This document shows, in pieces, positions 17,575-20,000 of a stretch of DNA of 20,000 nucleotides. Source of the stretch: an uncultured virus (IMG/VR IMGVR_UViG_3300020073_000092) (Duplodnaviria > Heunggongvirae > Uroviricota > Caudoviricetes). Position 1 is the first letter of the stretch, and each line of letters opens with the position of its first letter. The stretch lies in the IMG/VR virus record IMGVR_UViG_3300020073_000092, one strand, 5' to 3'. The notes under the pieces were generated by a model. The model saw only the letters and a program-made list of their open reading frames with translations, searched no databases and was not told where the DNA came from. The translations under genes and the position numbers were made by a program.

Positions 17575-18894
17575 ATGAGAAAAGTCATCACCTATTATGG
17601 CTCCTTCGACCTATTCCATAAAGGACATTACCGCCTGCTCCAGCGTGCCAAGGCCCTGGGTGACTACCTCATAGTTGGAGTCACTACGGAGCACTTCGAC
17701 GAGGAGCGGGGCAAGCTGAACCTTATCGACCCAATTCTCAAGCGTATCGAAAACGTGAAAGCCACCGGCTTTGCCGATGAAATAATCGTGGAAGACCATG
17801 TGGGGCAAAAGGTGGAGGATATCCAGAAATACCAGGCGGACGTATTCACGGTAGGTTCCGATTGGGGGGGGCACTTCGATTACCTGAAGGAATACTGCGA
17901 GGTCATCTACCTGCCCCGCACGGAGGGCATCTCCAGCACCATGCTTAGGGCAGAAGCCTATGAGCTGGTGCATATGGGGATCATGGGCAGCGACCGCATC
18001 GCCGGGCGTTTCGTCCCAGAGTCACGCTTTGTCAGCGGCCTTTCCATTGATGGGGTATTCAATCCCCATATAAAGAGTGCGGAGCATTTTGCCGAGATTC
18101 ACAAGCTGGACTTCTTCACGGACGATGAGGAGGAGCTTTACAGTAAGGTCAATGCCGTAAACATTACTTCCCCCCACGCCACTCACTATGCCTACGCCAA
18201 AAGTGCCTTGGAGCACGGCGTGCATGTGCTCTGCGAAAAGCCCTTGTGCCTGACCAAGGAGAAAAAGCTGGTGCTGATGGAGGCCATCAAGACAGCTCAT
18301 GCTCCCGGCTTCATAAGGCTCCTCAGTACGGTAAAAAGTGGCACCGTTGGCGAGGTGCGGGATGTGGAAGCCTGCTTCAGCCGACTGACACCAGATCATC
18401 TTCGTGAGTTAACCGACACGGAATGCGGCGGCAGCTTCACGGAGTTTGGCAGCTATGCCATCCTGCCTATCTTGAAAATTCTGGGACTTCACTATGACGA
18501 TGTTGAGTTCAAGATGTTCCTGGCGGAGAATGGGGTGGACGTATACACCAAGGCTTACTTCTCCTACCCAAATGCCATTGCCACTGCAAAGACAGGGCTG
18601 AAGGTAAAATCCGAGGGCCAGCTGCTTATATCCGGTACTAAAGGCTATATCCTTGTTCCTTCTCCCTGGTGGCTCACCCATGAGTTTGAGGTTTGCTACG
18701 AGGACAGGGAGCAGAACCAGAAGATTTCCACCCGCTTCTTGGGAGGCGGTCTCAGGTATGAACTTAGTGACTTCATCTCCACCATCAATGGTTACGGTAA
18801 AAGCGAGTTCAAACTCACTGCCGCCGAGAGCATAGCTATGGCCGAAATTATGGAAAAATTCCTGGCAGCCAGAAAGAAAAAGTCCGCCCCCTAA
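17575..18894 (+). CDS. Glycerol-3-phosphate cytidylyltransferase-like domain fused to a Gfo/Idh/MocA oxidoreductase (possibly degenerate)
   Basis: [10 protein letters not shown] (HxGH), RTEGISST, then [17 protein letters not shown] and VLMEAIK. GGGAGG RBS, ATG 17575. Confidence 0.88.
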   Translation: MRKVITYYGSFDLFHKGHYRLLQRAKALGDYLIVGVTTEHFDEERGKLNLIDPILKRIENVKATGFADEIIVEDHVGQKVEDIQKYQADVFTVGSDWGGHFDYLKEYCEVIYLPRTEGISSTMLRAEAYELVHMGIMGSDRIAGRFVPESRFVSGLSIDGVFNPHIKSAEHFAEIHKLDFFTDDEEELYSKVNAVNITSPHATHYAYAKSALEHGVHVLCEKPLCLTKEKKLVLMEAIKTAHAPGFIRLLSTVKSGTVGEVRDVEACFSRLTPDHLRELTDTECGGSFTEFGSYAILPILKILGLHYDDVEFKMFLAENGVDVYTKAYFSYPNAIATAKTGLKVKSEGQLLISGTKGYILVPSPWWLTHEFEVCYEDREQNQKISTRFLGGGLRYELSDFISTINGYGKSEFKLTAAESIAMAEIMEKFLAARKKKSAP

Positions 18895-18930
18895 GGGGGC
18901 GGGGGACCATGCGAAGCATGGTGGTGGGGG
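18884..18930 (+). repeat. REP-like double hairpin overlapping the stop codon
   Basis: CCGCCCCC-taa-GGGGGCGG followed by ACCATGC-gaa-GCATGGT and GGTGGGG. Confidence 0.6.
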
Positions 18931-18938
18931 GAATCGTC

Positions 18939-19866
18939 ATGCTAACAAAATCACACAAAACCAAAATCTGGGCACACAGGGGAGCTTCTGGCTGGGACAA
19001 GCAATACGCCCCGGAAAACACCATACCGGCTTTTGAGCGGGCAGTAAAAATGGGGGCAGACGGCATCGAGACTGATGTGTAGCTTACCAAGGATGGCGTA
19101 CTGGTGCTGGCCCACGATGAAACCATTGACCGGGTCAGCGACGGCAGCGGCTGGATAAAGGATTACACTCTGGCAGAGTTAAGAGGCTTCAGTTTTAGCA
19201 AGGTACATCCTGAATTTGACAAGGTAGAGATTCCTACCTTGGAAGACTTGCTTTATCTGGTGCAGGACACTGACTTGGAGCTGAATTTAGAGCTTAAAAG
19301 CGGTGTGCTCTACTACGATGGTTTGGAGGAAAAGACAGCAGACCTAGTTCATGCTATGGGCATGGATGAGCGGGTTATTTACTCATCCTTCTGCCATTAC
19401 TCGGTGAAGAAGGCTATGGCCTACTGCAGGGAAAAAGGCTACCATTCCCACTTTGGCATCCTCTCAGGCACTCTTATAGGGAAAGCCGCAGAGTATGTGC
19501 AGGGACTGGGAGCCGATGCCTACCATCCCCCTGCCGCACAGATGAATGAGAAAACCCTGTCGGAATGTCACGCCAGGGGGCTGAAAGTTCATCTGAACAA
19601 CGCCAAGAAGTATTGTGATTACTTGATGGTTGGGGTTAATGCTGATGAACTGGTGTGTGCATACAAGCATAAAGTTCCTGTCATAAAAGAGGCAGACAGG
19701 CTGGCCATTGTAGAAAACATAAGGGCTGTGGATGAGTGCTTCTTGGTTCATACGTTGGATAAGATAGAGATATATCATCAGCATCATTTTGATGTGATTT
19801 TTATAGGCAGTGATTGGAAAGGTTCTCCACGCTGGACTCAAACAGAAAAAGATATGCAAGCCTTAC
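18939..19866 (+). pseudogene. Glycerophosphodiester phosphodiesterase (in-frame TAG at 19080) fused near 19592 to the remainder of a second cytidylyltransferase, cut by IS3 at 19867
   Basis: IWAHRGAS...APENTIPAF...[36 protein letters not shown]; then LNNAKKYCDYLMVGVN...IFIGSDWKG. Confidence 0.87.
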
Positions 19867-20000
19867 TGTAGAGCCCCCCATAAGTTAGACCAAGGAATCT
19901 AACTTATGGGGGTCTTTTTATGGCAAAATATAGTGCAGAATTTAAATGTAAAGTAGTCCAAGAGTATTTGAACGGGGATATAGGTTATACTGCCTTAACA
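19867..20000 (+). mobile_element. IS3-family (IS150-like) element, left end and start of orfA (runs off the window)
   Basis: TG-initiated end TGTAGAGCCCCCCATAAGTTAGAC with an internal inverted copy TCTAACTTATGGGGG. ATG 19920 gives MAKYSAEFKCKVVQEYLNGDIGY. Confidence 0.85.

Noticed and set aside
11309..19082. Pyrrolysine decoding of the TAG codons
   Set aside because: The positions correspond to Gln in the families, the genes are not methylamine methyltransferases, and no pyl genes are in the window.
1131..19859. Many overlapping or antisense ORFs in the track (e.g. 1551-2009, 9175-9801, 14176-14844, 15968-16735)
   Set aside because: They are shadow frames of recognisable genes, with no motifs or RBS support.

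Overview
This is an accessory, heavily decayed region of a Firmicutes-type genome; a Negativicutes/Clostridia-like host is only inferred from gene content. From left to right: (1) a roughly 200-bp non-coding element end and a frameshifted STAS-like (DUF4325-type) gene. (2) A fully delimited IS66 element (702-4842, 8-bp TSD GAATCTTT) with a second IS4-like DDE element nested in its left end (3274-4786, 7-bp TSD TCAATTA). (3) An apparently intact AT-rich regulatory module: a zincin-like ORF, an XRE repressor with a degenerate restriction-endonuclease-like C-terminal domain, and face-to-face sigma70 promoters. (4) A collapsed prophage remnant (about 7.0-13.9 kb): HTH protein, DUF2800 nuclease, DUF2815 SSB, a DNA polymerase/C5-methyltransferase chimera, 'virulence-related' protein, DUF4314, DUF5049, amidoligase and two serine recombinase remnants. 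No packaging, structural or lysis genes are present. (5) An intact Rpn/PD-(D/E)XK gene. (6) A decaying cell-surface glycerophosphate/cytidylyltransferase operon punctuated by REP-like hairpins and interrupted at the right edge by an IS3-family element. The most notable observations are four in-frame TAG codons at positions where the families normally have Gln, several in-frame deletion chimeras, a repeated TGTATACA-N9-ACTTG promoter motif, and the unusual repressor/protease-like switch. Family calls come from motif recognition only; no database search was run.
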